Positions 1-9,878 are shown, numbered from the stretch's first letter. The stretch: DNA of 64,000 bases from Nitrospirota bacterium (GCA_963845065.1 CAWJQQ010000006.1:96001-160000); one strand, 5' to 3'. Notes: generated by a model not told the origin, from the sequence alone. Program-made: numbers and translations.

Positions 1-196
1 TGCCCCGTAGATCGATTCGAACAATATCCCGGGAACTCCTGAGCGAACTCTCTTCCACAAATTCTGACCAGCGTGTTAGATTGCTTGCCATGCCGTGGAT
101 TAGGATAACGACATCCCGCGGTGCTGATCCTCGGAGGATCCGATAGGCTATCGTCGCACCATCGCGGAGGGTTAATGTGCGGGAAGTTTCGATCAT
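1..196 (-). CDS. alpha/beta hydrolase, N-terminal part (runs off the window edge; not in ORF track)
   Basis: Manual translation from ATG at 196: MIETSRTLTLRDGATIAYRILRGSAPRDVVILIHGMASNLTRWSEF...IVRIDLRG, with the HG oxyanion and DLRG(HG) motifs. Confidence 0.85.
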   Translation of the reverse strand, partial: MIETSRTLTLRDGATIAYRILRGSAPRDVVILIHGMASNLTRWSEFVEESSLRSSRDIVRIDLRG

Positions 197-238
197 CGTC
201 CCTGCCTGATTAGGTTAACTTTCTCCCCTTTATGAGGA

Positions 239-1060
239 TCAGGGGCACTCGCCCCTTCGGGCCATAGTCAGATCTACAGGATGATCGAGCGCCTCTCGGA
301 TATCGGGGATGACCTCCAGAGCGGCCCGATGTCCTTCGGCGATCAGTTCGTCCATCTGTTTCACGTCTATACGCCGGAATCTGGATAGACGCGGTTCGAT
401 CACCAAGTCGGCGAGCTTTACCTGCACTTTCATGTTCTCGTCGATGGCGATATCGAAGGCATTAAATAGGATATCAATGATATCCTCGGGCACGCGGTAC
501 TTGCGCTCCGCACTCAGGTTTACGGCCACGACCACGCCGGCGCCCATGGGACGAAGAGGAGAAATAGGCACGTCCTCTATGATCCCTCCATCCATCAACA
601 TCCTGCCGTCGACACGTACCGGCAAATAGATACCCGCCATCGCGCTGCTCGCCATGACTGCCTGAGCGACTTTGCCTTCTCGCAGCACAACTTTTTTTCC
701 ACTGCTGATGTCCGTTGCCATGATTGCAAGGGGTATGGACGCGTCTTCAATTCTAGCCTCGCCGATAGCGGCCATAATGAGTTTTCCAAGTTCTTCATTC
801 GAGAACAGCGCAAACCGTGAGAGTTTCAGCTTCGAGACATTGAGCGGGGTCATGCCCTGTCCTATGCGGCGGATCTCGGGAAGCGATACACCGAAGGCAT
901 ACAGCGCCGCAGCAAACGCACCAATGCTCGTGCCGGAAAGATAATCCGGGCGAATGCGGTTCTCTTCAAGGGCCTGAAGCACTCCAATGTGTGCAAGACC
1001 GCGCGTGGCACCACCACTCAAAGCAACACCGAGTTTCTGTTTTACGGATGACATACTCAT
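239..1060 (-). CDS. patatin-like phospholipase
   Basis: GGATRG glycine loop, GTSIG nucleophile elbow, DGG motif. Confidence 0.93.
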   Translation of the reverse strand: MSMSSVKQKLGVALSGGATRGLAHIGVLQALEENRIRPDYLSGTSIGAFAAALYAFGVSLPEIRRIGQGMTPLNVSKLKLSRFALFSNEELGKLIMAAIGEARIEDASIPLAIMATDISSGKKVVLREGKVAQAVMASSAMAGIYLPVRVDGRMLMDGGIIEDVPISPLRPMGAGVVVAVNLSAERKYRVPEDIIDILFNAFDIAIDENMKVQVKLADLVIEPRLSRFRRIDVKQMDELIAEGHRAALEVIPDIREALDHPVDLTMARRGECP

Positions 1061-1378
1061 GGAGATCGACGTTCGACGTGCGGTTCAAGGTGACCGGGGA
1101 CATTTGCTGTATAGATGCTTTGAAGCTCGTGGGCAACACTGAAAATGACAGGGGAGGGGAGCAGCGTGAAAGATATAATTGCATCCAATCTGCTTAGCAT
1201 CTCGTCTCTGTGCTTCATAACGGAACCCGATCTCTCTGAAAGCAAAATAGGTGTGTCTTTCGACGTACTGCTCCTATTCAGTTATTACTATAGGTTGTTT
1301 GCTGACACTTGTCAAGAAATCGAACCAGGACGGATTCGACACAAACTCTCGAGCCAAAATGTTCAACGCTAAAACGGC

Positions 1379-2014
1379 TCATTTGATGAAGGACAATGGG
1401 GTTGCGAGCGCCTTGCGAAGAGTCTTGGAAGTGCCGAAACGCTCCTTGAATTGTGTATCAGCCCACTGATAGTCATCCCGTATCATCACGGCTTTTATGT
1501 TATTATTTTCATCGCGGTAATATTGGATCGTGCCGACATAGACGGCTTCATCATCGGGCTTAATTTCGATCTGGAGAGGACTACTAAACGTGTGGTATGT
1601 GATATAGTAGGGAAGATCGAACTCTGTATAGAATGTGCCTCCAGACACGAAAAAAGTCGAGCCCTTCTCGGCCTTGATGAAAAATTCTTTCTCAAGCGTC
1701 GTTGCATAGGAGCCCTCGAATGTGGCCGGCCTGCTCATGGTAAAATCCCTTAGTCGACTCCCCCCGTAAAGGATAAACGCGTTTCTAAATTCCTCGCCGC
1801 TCGGCGATTTGAGCGTTTGCTCTCCTTCCTGGAGCGGCGGATGCAATTCTATCCGCCCCACGATAATTGCCTGATCTGGCGCTACAAACATCAAGCTCGT
1901 GACCTGCGGTTCCGGCTGCACGGCCCCTATTGCCATCATTGTACATGCACAACCCGACAGTGCAGCAATGAGAAAGGATACCAGAGAGAGGAGCTTTACA
2001 AGTCGATCATGCAT
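1379..2014 (-). CDS. hypothetical lipoprotein
   Basis: Hydrophobic N-terminus with lipobox-like LSGC; 211 aa; follows the USP gene. Confidence 0.7.
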   Translation of the reverse strand: MHDRLVKLLSLVSFLIAALSGCACTMMAIGAVQPEPQVTSLMFVAPDQAIIVGRIELHPPLQEGEQTLKSPSGEEFRNAFILYGGSRLRDFTMSRPATFEGSYATTLEKEFFIKAEKGSTFFVSGGTFYTEFDLPYYITYHTFSSPLQIEIKPDDEAVYVGTIQYYRDENNNIKAVMIRDDYQWADTQFKERFGTSKTLRKALATPLSFIK

Positions 2015-2030
2015 TCAGTTCCACCACGCC

Positions 2031-2501
2031 TTATCCGACAATCGTCACAATCAGGCCAGATGCCAGGATCGCGATCCTTTGGCTAACCGTTCCGAGGGTG
2101 TTCTTCGGCGAGTGGTGGAACCTACCAACCACGATGGTATCGTAGCCACCGTCTCTGGCCTCTTCGATGATGCTGTCTGCTACGTCTGTCGAATCAGAGA
2201 CGAATTTTATCTGGACCCGGCTCGAGGGAATCCCCTTAGAATTCAACACATCCACGGCCTTCTTGAACAATGGCTCCATTTTCCCCCTCTGAGCATCCAA
2301 CCATTTATCCACGACCTTTTTCCGATCCCTCTTCTCGTCGTCGGAAAGAATGTGCCCTTCATCCCAGAAAATGGCAGGAAGGTTCGGCAGGATGTGTACA
2401 AGGCCGATCTGAACGCTATCAGCCGCGAACTGCTGCGCAACGTACTCAACTGCCTTCATTGCGCTCGAAGAATCATTAATTGCTATAAGCATTTTCCCCA
2501 T
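2031..2501 (-). CDS. universal stress protein (UspA family)
   Basis: Start moved to MGKMLIAINDS (GGAGG upstream); IVVG and LGTVSQRI USP motifs. Confidence 0.9.
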   Translation of the reverse strand: MGKMLIAINDSSSAMKAVEYVAQQFAADSVQIGLVHILPNLPAIFWDEGHILSDDEKRDRKKVVDKWLDAQRGKMEPLFKKAVDVLNSKGIPSSRVQIKFVSDSTDVADSIIEEARDGGYDTIVVGRFHHSPKNTLGTVSQRIAILASGLIVTIVG

Positions 2502-2579
2502 TTCACTTTCCTCCAAAAAAATTGGCTTGCAGCCCAGGCGACGTCGCCCGCTACAGCTTCGCCAGAATGATTCGATACA

Positions 2580-2750
2580 GTCAAGAACCCCGCGTCCAGA
2601 CGTGGGGCATGTAAGCACAGCATAAAGATGCCGTAAAAGCTACGTCTACGCCGATGGCCTCGAAGGATTGGGTGACTACCAGCCCCCTAATGACCACCTG
2701 GCAAGGATGCCATTAATCACTGTGTCAAGACAGTGGCATGTTTTCGTCAA
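2580..2750 (-). mobile_element. ORF-less IS200/IS605-derived miniature element, degenerate
   Basis: GTCAAGAACCCCGCGTCCAGACGTGGGGCATGTA resembles the right-end hairpin at 39679; TGCCATTAATCACTGTGTCAAGACAGTGGCAT resembles the left-end hairpins near 40845 and 7957. Confidence 0.55.
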
Positions 2751-2993
2751 TGATGTTAAAACCGGTGAAGGCCATCCTGCTTTTGTCCCTCTGACACACC
2801 CAACGTAGCTTATGAACTGACTACTATGGGTCGGTGATCGCGGATCTTGAAATTGCCCCCGATAGTTTGCGTCCGGTAGCCGGCATGCGTTGGAATTGGA
2901 CAGTACTATCGCCTTTATAAAATATCCTAAGAGAAAGATAATATATATTATTTGAAAAGGCAAGGTGGCAAAAGAAAAAATGACCGTAATATG

Positions 2994-3833
2994 TTATTCG
3001 ACGCTACTTCCCAGGATTGTCCGCACGAATTGTTCGGCTATGCGGCCATTCCTGCCCCCGGCGCCAAGTGCCCACTGAATCGCCAAACGGTCGAGCTTGT
3101 CCTTGACGATGCTGACCCCGTACTTCTCTGCATAGGATGCAACAATTTCAAGGTAAGTGTCCTGTGAGAAATGGTAAAAGCCGAGCCGCAGGCCGAACCG
3201 ATCTACGAGCGAGACTTTCTCCTCGACCGTGTCCGAGGGCCGAATCTCATCACTCTCGTTGTCCGAGAACTTCGTGGGAATCAGGTGCTTCCGGTTCGAC
3301 GTTGCGTAAAATAGTACGTTTTCAGGGATCTCTTCAAGACCGCCGTCCATGATCGTTTTCATTTCTTTGTAATCCATCTGGCTCTCTTCGAACGACAAGT
3401 CATCGATAAACAGAATGAACCGATAAGACCGGTTCCGCCAGAGGAGATCGTACAGGTCCTGAATGGTAAGGATATCATGCTTGTATATTTGGATCATCCT
3501 AAGCGTCGTGCCGTCGAAGACCGTAAGGAGGGCCTTCATGAGCGACGACTTACCTGTGCCACGCTCGCCCCAGAGCAACACGTTATTCGCTTTCCGGCCA
3601 TTGATAAAATTCTTCGTGTTGTTCACGATCTCTTTTTTGATGGAATCGATGCCGATTAGATCGTCCAGGTCGATCTGGACCGGTCTCTTAATGGGTTTCG
3701 TTGTCTTACGCTTCCCGTCCCAGATGAAGGCATGGTATATCGAGAAACAAGAATCTTCCGGCCCATTATCCACGTAGCGGTCGAGCAGTTTATCGAGTTT
3801 GAATAACAGTTGTCCGATCTTCGGTTTTACCAT
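2994..3833 (-). CDS. AAA+ ATPase, DUF815 family
   Basis: NNVLLWGERGTGKSS Walker A, FIDDLSF Walker B, YATSNRKHL, SLVDRFGL; start placed at MVKPK. Confidence 0.9.
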   Translation of the reverse strand: MVKPKIGQLLFKLDKLLDRYVDNGPEDSCFSIYHAFIWDGKRKTTKPIKRPVQIDLDDLIGIDSIKKEIVNNTKNFINGRKANNVLLWGERGTGKSSLMKALLTVFDGTTLRMIQIYKHDILTIQDLYDLLWRNRSYRFILFIDDLSFEESQMDYKEMKTIMDGGLEEIPENVLFYATSNRKHLIPTKFSDNESDEIRPSDTVEEKVSLVDRFGLRLGFYHFSQDTYLEIVASYAEKYGVSIVKDKLDRLAIQWALGAGGRNGRIAEQFVRTILGSSVE

Positions 3834-3947
3834 AGTAAATTCAGGAATAAGCAGAGTAACTATAAGCGACATCGTCGTACATTGTAAGCTCCACACCATG
3901 TTCATGCATTGTTAATGATTTTTTTAAATATTTCTATACCAGTATAC

Positions 3948-3976
3948 AAAAAGGGGATGACGTGAAATCATCCCCT
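3948..3976 (-). terminator. intrinsic terminator after ahbD
   Basis: GGGGATGA/TCATCCCC stem followed by a T-run on the minus strand. Confidence 0.75.
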
Positions 3977-4001
3977 GAGTAAGCGAACGTCGCCCCCTCT
4001 T

Positions 4002-5120
4002 CTACTTCTTTGCCATCACCGGCTCATACGTGCAGAACGGTTCAGCCGCAAGGTAGTCGCCGGAGATGGCATAGGCCCTCGCGCGACAGCCACCGCAGAC
4101 TCGGCGGTACTCGCAAACGCCGCACTTGCCATGATAGTGGTCGAGGTCGCGCATTTGCGAAAAAAGCTGCGATGTGTTCCATATTTTTGAAAAAGGCTCT
4201 TTCTTGATATCTCCCGCCTCTTCCTCGAGAAAACCACAGATCTGCACCTTGCCAACATGCGACACAAAGGCGAAGCTCTGGCCACCCATGCAGCCTTTAG
4301 TCATGGCATCGAAACCGTGGGATTCCGGCGTCACGATCTTTCCCTTTTCCTTCTCCCCCTGGCGGAAAATGCGGTAGTAGTGTGGGGCGCAGGTGGGCTT
4401 GAACTGAATCGGCACCTTGTCTCGCATCTCGTAGAACCACTTGAGCGTGCTCTCGTATTCCGCGGGCGGTATTTCCTGATCCGCTAGATCCTTGCCACGG
4501 CCTGTAGGTACGAGCAAAAAGGGATGGTAGGCTACGGCCCCAAGGTTAATCACCATTTCAAGCAGCTTCGGCAGATCCTTTACATTATGTTTTGTGATGG
4601 TGGTGTTCACCTGAAACTCCATACCGACCTTCTTAAAGTTCTCAATGGCTTTCATCACGCCCTCAAAGGCACCTTCTACACGGCGGAAAGCGTTGTGGCT
4701 GTTTGCGTCCAGACCGTCGATCGAAAGCGACACGCGCATGATGCCCGAGTTCTTGATCTTCTGCGCAAGCGCTTCGGTCACGAGCAGACCGCAGGGTGCC
4801 ATAACCATACGCAGACCGAGCTTGGTGCCATACTGTGCGATATCGTAAATGTCAGGCCGCATCATGGGCTCGCCGCCGGTCAAGATGATGATAGGATTGC
4901 TGAAGGACTTGACGTCGTCAAGGAAGCGGTAACACTCTTCGGTATTGAGTTCACCCGCATAGGGGCCGTACTTTGCGGCGGCCCGACAGTGGATGCAGTT
5001 CAAGACGCAGCTTCTCGTCACTTCCCAAGCTATCAGCCGTGGTAAATATTTTTTTTCTTTGCCCTCTCCCGCGGGATGGCCATGCCCGTGAGTTGCTTCG
5101 GTTGCATGAGGATGGGACAT
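4002..5120 (-). CDS. ahbD: radical SAM/SPASM heme b synthase (AhbD)
   Basis: RLIAWEVTRSCVLNCIHCRA (CxxxCxxC), PTCAPHYYRI, GCMGG, SPASM CGVCEYRRVCGGCRARA; start MSHPH with GGAG SD. Confidence 0.82.
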   Translation of the reverse strand: MSHPHATEATHGHGHPAGEGKEKKYLPRLIAWEVTRSCVLNCIHCRAAAKYGPYAGELNTEECYRFLDDVKSFSNPIIILTGGEPMMRPDIYDIAQYGTKLGLRMVMAPCGLLVTEALAQKIKNSGIMRVSLSIDGLDANSHNAFRRVEGAFEGVMKAIENFKKVGMEFQVNTTITKHNVKDLPKLLEMVINLGAVAYHPFLLVPTGRGKDLADQEIPPAEYESTLKWFYEMRDKVPIQFKPTCAPHYYRIFRQGEKEKGKIVTPESHGFDAMTKGCMGGQSFAFVSHVGKVQICGFLEEEAGDIKKEPFSKIWNTSQLFSQMRDLDHYHGKCGVCEYRRVCGGCRARAYAISGDYLAAEPFCTYEPVMAKK

Positions 5121-5344
5121 TGAAACTCCTTTATATGAAGTTTTCACTACTAAGCCACGAAGTGTATATAAGAGGGCTGAGGTCGAGATGTTGTAAGTGA
5201 CTTCACGCCTTCGTAACACGGTTCTTAATGATATTTACAACGGGTATATTAACCAATCAGGCGGGAATAGTAAAGACAAATTCAGACGAAGACTGGTCAT
5301 CGCCGACCCTGTTAATCGGTCACCTTGTTCGCTCTGACATGAGG

Positions 5345-5545
5345 GGGATGGCGTACTGACACGGTTTCTTTCTTCCTTGGCTCTTTAGAGAATGTCGCCG
5401 GCACGCTGATCAAATCTTCCAGCTTGTTGCCCGGCACCGGTTGTCACATGCCAATACCGATACTGATGGCCACATTGATGTAACAGCCGGTCTACTCGAA
5501 ATCAGCCTTTTTGATCGAACTTCTCTTCTGCGTATCGGGCATGTA
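5345..5545 (-). pseudogene. GGDEF diguanylate cyclase C-terminal remnant
   Basis: Frame-broken translation ...INVAISIGIG*...EDLI/RAGDIL/RAKEERNRVS matches the GGDEF C-terminus (VTxSxG...ADxALYxAKxxGRNRV). Confidence 0.6.
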
Positions 5546-5773
5546 AATCGCTGTCCCTAAGTAGTCAGTTAATATGGTTGAAACACTTGCGATAACCTCA
5601 CCTGAAGTCTCACTTGCAAAACGTTCAGAATGCAAAGATATACAACGTTTTTTGATCTTAATAATTCATACACACTTAAATCGACTGAGGCTCCGGTCTT
5701 CTCCTAATTTGCCCGAAAATGGTCCGGGTTACTATCCTACAGTGTTCTCTGAATCATCTGCAGGAAAATGGAC

Positions 5774-6427
5774 TTATCGCTTCATTGGCACGAATATTGT
5801 TTTTAACAGTGCAAGGTCATGAATGATATAGTCCGGCCCGGCCATCCGCAGCTCGCTTTCGGAGCGGAAACCGTAAGTCACAGAACAGGTCATAATACCT
5901 GCGGCTTTGCCGGCACGGATGTCTGTTGTCCCGTCACCCACGATCAAAGTCTGATCCTTTGGCACTTTAAATTCCGCCATCATCCGCTGCAACGAATCCG
6001 GCGCCGGTTTAAGCGGCAATCCAAAATCCGCGCCGATGATCATAGCAAAATACTGACCGATGCCAAGGTCGTCGAGCAGGGGCCGGATAAACTCCAAGGT
6101 TTTGTTGCTGATCACAACCATTGGAATCGACGAAAAATATTCTAGTGTTTCCCGGACTGCGGGATACAGTGAAGAGTGGACGGCAAGGTTCTGCCTGTGG
6201 TGTTCACGGTAAATCGCGACGGCATCGGCAAGTCGTACGGCCACCCCGCTGAGGGAACGCATCATCAGTACTTCAATCCCATCCCCAACGTACTGACGCA
6301 CGATTTCAGTCGGGAGTGGCGGTCTGCCCAGGCGATCAAGCGTGTAATTGACCGATGCCGCGATGTCGTCAAGTGTGTTCACGAGGGTACCGTCAAGGTC
6401 GAATATGAGCAAGCTGATGGGCATCAT
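5774..6427 (-). CDS. HAD-IA hydrolase, phosphoglycolate phosphatase-like
   Basis: FDLDGTL motif I, SNK, KPAP, VGDGTTD. Confidence 0.88.
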   Translation of the reverse strand: MMPISLLIFDLDGTLVNTLDDIAASVNYTLDRLGRPPLPTEIVRQYVGDGIEVLMMRSLSGVAVRLADAVAIYREHHRQNLAVHSSLYPAVRETLEYFSSIPMVVISNKTLEFIRPLLDDLGIGQYFAMIIGADFGLPLKPAPDSLQRMMAEFKVPKDQTLIVGDGTTDIRAGKAAGIMTCSVTYGFRSESELRMAGPDYIIHDLALLKTIFVPMKR

Positions 6428-6603
6428 AAGGCAGATATAATATCGCAGATCCCGGCTTTATTAGGATACTCAGGTAAATCGTTGATAGAAACACCTGGCT
6501 TTCGCCTGTGTCTATATCGGTGTGTCCAACGTGTCGGACTGGTCGTTTTAATATGCATAGGCTTCGGATTGCCCCCTGCCAGGGTTTTGAAACTGGATTT
6601 TCA

Positions 6604-7476
6604 CTAGGCCTTCGCCATTCCCAGATAATTCATGGGGTTGTCCGAGGCAAACTGAATCACCCGCTCCGCCGGCACTCCAAGCGTGATCAAATTCCTAATT
6701 GCGTCCGCCAGGGTAATACCGCTGCCCAAAAGCGTGCCGCCCGCTCCCCGTATGGGGCCATTCCCCCAGCCCGGGCCCATGACCGAATCCGAAATCAATA
6801 TGATCTTGTCGGGAGATTTCATTTCAAAGATCATCTTGAGGCTCTGCGGATGGAGGTGTGCAAGGTCGCCGATAACCTCAACATAAATATCTTCGTCCAT
6901 GAGTCCGAACCCCGCGAGTCCCGGTTCTCGATGATGAAATCCGCGCATGGCATTAAATAGGTGAGTAATGCCCGTGGCGCCCGCCTGTTTGCCTTCTTCC
7001 GCCTGCTCGATCGACGCATCACTGTGGCCCATCTGCACCAGAAAACCTTTTTCCCGGGAGAGCTCAATGACCTTGAGGGCTCCCGGCAGCTCTGGGGCGA
7101 TGGTAATGACCTTGATGATGTCCTCGAAGTCCTCTATGAGTTGCTTGAATGTCTCAACCGAGGGATCGGAAAAACTTTTTCCATCGAGTGATCCCGCACG
7201 TTCAGGATTAAGGAAAGGCCCTTCAAGGTGCACACCGAGGATGGTAGCGCCTTCCCGTTGGGCTATCATGGCCCTACGGATAGCACCCATGTGCTCGCGC
7301 ATGATTTCTATGGATCCGGGATAAATCGTAGGAAGGAGAGCGGATGTGCCATGCTGGCCGTGGATAAGAGCCACCTGCAGGATATCATCCTGCCGTCGAG
7401 TGCGAGTGTCGTATTTCTCGGCACCGTGAACGTGGATATCAACGAGATACTGTTTTGTTCCGACTGAGTAAGCCAT
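6604..7476 (-). CDS. nagA: N-acetylglucosamine-6-phosphate deacetylase (short form)
   Basis: DIHVHG, GVHLEGPFL, TIAPE, GHS, THLFNAM, ISDS motifs. Confidence 0.88.
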   Translation of the reverse strand: MAYSVGTKQYLVDIHVHGAEKYDTRTRRQDDILQVALIHGQHGTSALLPTIYPGSIEIMREHMGAIRRAMIAQREGATILGVHLEGPFLNPERAGSLDGKSFSDPSVETFKQLIEDFEDIIKVITIAPELPGALKVIELSREKGFLVQMGHSDASIEQAEEGKQAGATGITHLFNAMRGFHHREPGLAGFGLMDEDIYVEVIGDLAHLHPQSLKMIFEMKSPDKIILISDSVMGPGWGNGPIRGAGGTLLGSGITLADAIRNLITLGVPAERVIQFASDNPMNYLGMAKA

Positions 7477-7649
7477 GGTTCACTGTTGCTCCAAATGTAT
7501 TGATACGTATTTGGAGTCCTTTCGCTCTCAGCTTGACAATATCCGGTACTGATAAATCATCCGGATAAAGTTCTTGAGTCCGGATTGGATGGTCTTAACC
7601 GACTTCTTTCCTACAGTATCCCTGACTTTGAGGTTAGACGTAAAACGCG

Positions 7650-8005
7650 TTATCTCAACGCGAAACAAAACATTCTGCGGGACTTCAGAGTGGATACCAT
7701 TAAGGGAGTTTATTTTGCTTTTGTCGCTCTTAAGGATCTCTTGTTGTCGCATCCTGGCAAGCCCCTTGACAGTATTTTCAAAAACGTTTTTTCCGTCTAC
7801 GATACATGAATTATAAAGTATCCGACAGGCATCAAGGGTTTGTGTAAGTATCAATGCCTGTTTTTTCGTAGGATAGGGGCGGTATTTATAAGTTTTTATT
7901 TTCAACATTGCAATACTGTAAAAGATAGCACATGGATCAAATCTTGTCAAAAATGTCGCCTTTCATCCCCTCCCTTACAAAAGGAAATTCCCGGCGATAA
8001 GTTAA
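7650..8005 (-). mobile_element. tnpB: IS200/IS605 left end plus truncated tnpB 5' fragment
   Basis: MLKIKTYKYRPYPTKKQ...ACRILYN...IHSEVPQNVLFRVE is a TnpB N-terminal HTH (ATG 7908); similarity ends after about 85 aa; left-end-like hairpin CGCCTTTCATCCCC...GGAAATTCCCGGCG near 7957-7998. Confidence 0.8.
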
Positions 8006-8147
8006 ATATCTCCATCATAAATGCAATAATCAGTAAATACTGCTACTCCGATGTAACAATGCACTCTATGAAGCTAAGAATGGGGACCAGGGAACACCGA
8101 CGGCTCTTCTCTTCTCCGATGCCCCGCTTGACATGGTCGTATCTATT

Positions 8148-8390
8148 CTACGTAATTTTTCCCCTTCGCGAAAAAAATTCGCTTAATGCAAGTCGAACCA
8201 CGGCCCCACGGTCCCAGGGCTGCTTAAGGTCCCTGGTGATTTCAGCCGCAACTTCGTCGAGGGCATCGAGATGCTCGTCTTCAAGCAGCAGCGTCACTTC
8301 TACCAGACCGTGGTGCTCATGCCCCTCGTGCTCATGGCTGTGATGGCCCTGCTGATGGTGCTTGTCTGTATGGTCGTGTTTGTCGCTCAT
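8148..8390 (-). CDS. His-rich small protein with ribbon-helix-helix-like C-terminus
   Basis: MSDKHDHTDKHHQQGHHSHEHEGHEHH then strand VEVTLLL and helices EDEHLDALDEVAAE and RGAVVRLALSEFF; GAGGTG SD. Confidence 0.7.
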   Translation of the reverse strand: MSDKHDHTDKHHQQGHHSHEHEGHEHHGLVEVTLLLEDEHLDALDEVAAEITRDLKQPWDRGAVVRLALSEFFSRRGKIT

Positions 8391-8458
8391 AATCACCTCT
8401 AATAAACAATGAAGGAGGGGTACAATGCGCATGAAGCAGTCTTGCTCCCTGCTTTTTG

Positions 8459-9385
8459 CTAAAATAGCACCCTCGTCATCAACGGCATAGTGAAAAACAA
8501 TGCGGCCGTAGAAAAAGCAATGCAGGCCGCGGCAAGGGGAACGTCGAGTTCCAGTTCGTCGGCAAGCACGAGGGAAACGACCATCACCGGCATAGCTCCC
8601 TCAATAGTCACTGCCTTCAGTTTGTCACCAGTCAGTCCCAGCCATGAACCAACCCGCCAGGCGAAGATTGGCGAGAGCAGCAGCTTGATGGCCAGCGCCG
8701 GCGCCGCAAGCGGTAGCCGTTTCATATCGCGAAAGTCGAGCGCCAGGCCCACGGTAAACGTCATGATCGGGATGACCGCCTTGCCCATGAGGGCAGTAGT
8801 GTCCAGCAGTACCCGCGGGAGGGTAACGCCTCCTAAATTCACTGCTATGCCGGCGATAACTCCCCAGAGTGGTGGAAGTGCGACCACACGTTTGAGAGAT
8901 GCAGAAACAGAAGGCGTTTTCCCGCTTCCATACCGTGCCGAGATGAATGCACCAAATGTCAGTAGAAGAGGAGAGTGCGCCAGCAGATCATAGAGAATCG
9001 CCACATATGCACTCTTGGCGCCGAGCACCTCGGTAATGACAGGGAGCCCCAAATACGTAACGTTGCCATAGCTTGCTGCAAGCATCATCACGCCAAACGC
9101 TGAACGCGGAACGTTCCTGAACCATGGCACCAGTCGGTAAACTGCAAAACCGGTCGCAGTGCACAGAACCACTGCAATTATAGCGACGAGCGGAATGAGG
9201 AAAAAGCTTCGGTCGATGCTGGTCGTTGCCAATAGACCGAAAGCAAGCGCGGGCATGAAAAAATAGAGTACCGTAGCACTCAGTGTATGCCGGACCTGCT
9301 GACGGTCAAGACCTCCAGGGTTAAAAAACCGCCATGCATATCCTGCAGCCATGATCATTCCGAATGAGTAGAGGACTTTATTGAT
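8459..9385 (-). CDS. AEC (auxin efflux carrier) family transporter
   Basis: Multiple TM helices, GNVTYLGLP, EGAMP; frame stays open up to an ATC at 9385 behind AGGAGG (first in-frame ATG at 9358). Confidence 0.88.
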   Translation of the reverse strand: MNKVLYSFGMIMAAGYAWRFFNPGGLDRQQVRHTLSATVLYFFMPALAFGLLATTSIDRSFFLIPLVAIIAVVLCTATGFAVYRLVPWFRNVPRSAFGVMMLAASYGNVTYLGLPVITEVLGAKSAYVAILYDLLAHSPLLLTFGAFISARYGSGKTPSVSASLKRVVALPPLWGVIAGIAVNLGGVTLPRVLLDTTALMGKAVIPIMTFTVGLALDFRDMKRLPLAAPALAIKLLLSPIFAWRVGSWLGLTGDKLKAVTIEGAMPVMVVSLVLADELELDVPLAAACIAFSTAALFFTMPLMTRVLF

Positions 9386-9479
9386 GCATTCCTCCTTCTT
9401 TTTTGTTTTATTATACCAGCAAATCCATTAGACTAGGCCAATTTGCTCTTTATTTTATTGTATACAATTTTTTGAGAAG

Positions 9480-9700
9480 ATGCCGACAAATGCGGCTTGG
9501 TACTGATTATAGATGGCCTGGGCCAACGCATCGGACGGACCGATCTTCTGTGCTCGATTCCAGTCTTTTTGGGCGTCCACCAGCTTCTTTTTATCTGGAG
9601 TACGTTGGCCTCGGCCTGCTTTAATTGGGCCTTGGCAGCTTCCATAGCGGCGGCATAGAGTGAATCACCAATTTTCGCAAGCACTGTGCCCTTTTCTCCT
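9480..9700 (-). pseudogene. RND efflux periplasmic adaptor (HlyD-type) fragment
   Basis: EKGTVLAKIGDSLYAAAMEAAKAQLKQAEANVLQ, then shifted frame LVDAQKDWNRAQKIGPSDALAQAIYNQY; typical lipoyl/coiled-coil segment. Confidence 0.7.
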
Positions 9701-9737
9701 TATATGCTTGATCTTCAAGGGGATATTACTCCAATTT

Positions 9738-9878
9738 TTAATGAACCTCCTTACAGCAAGCTGCGTGGATATCTATACATAGGAAGACGATTATCAATTG
9801 AGAAACCTGCGGTTTCTCAAACTCACCCCTCTATGCGGTGACCCTGTAGCAAGCTACAGGGAATTATTGCAAGTTAAA
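9738..9878. mobile_element. palindrome-bounded miniature element (PATE/REP-like, possibly IS200/IS605-related)
   Basis: Two related hairpins CAGCAAGCTG and CCCTGTAGC-AA-GCTACAGGG flank a perfect 10-bp inverted repeat TTGAGAAACC/GGTTTCTCAA. Confidence 0.55.
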
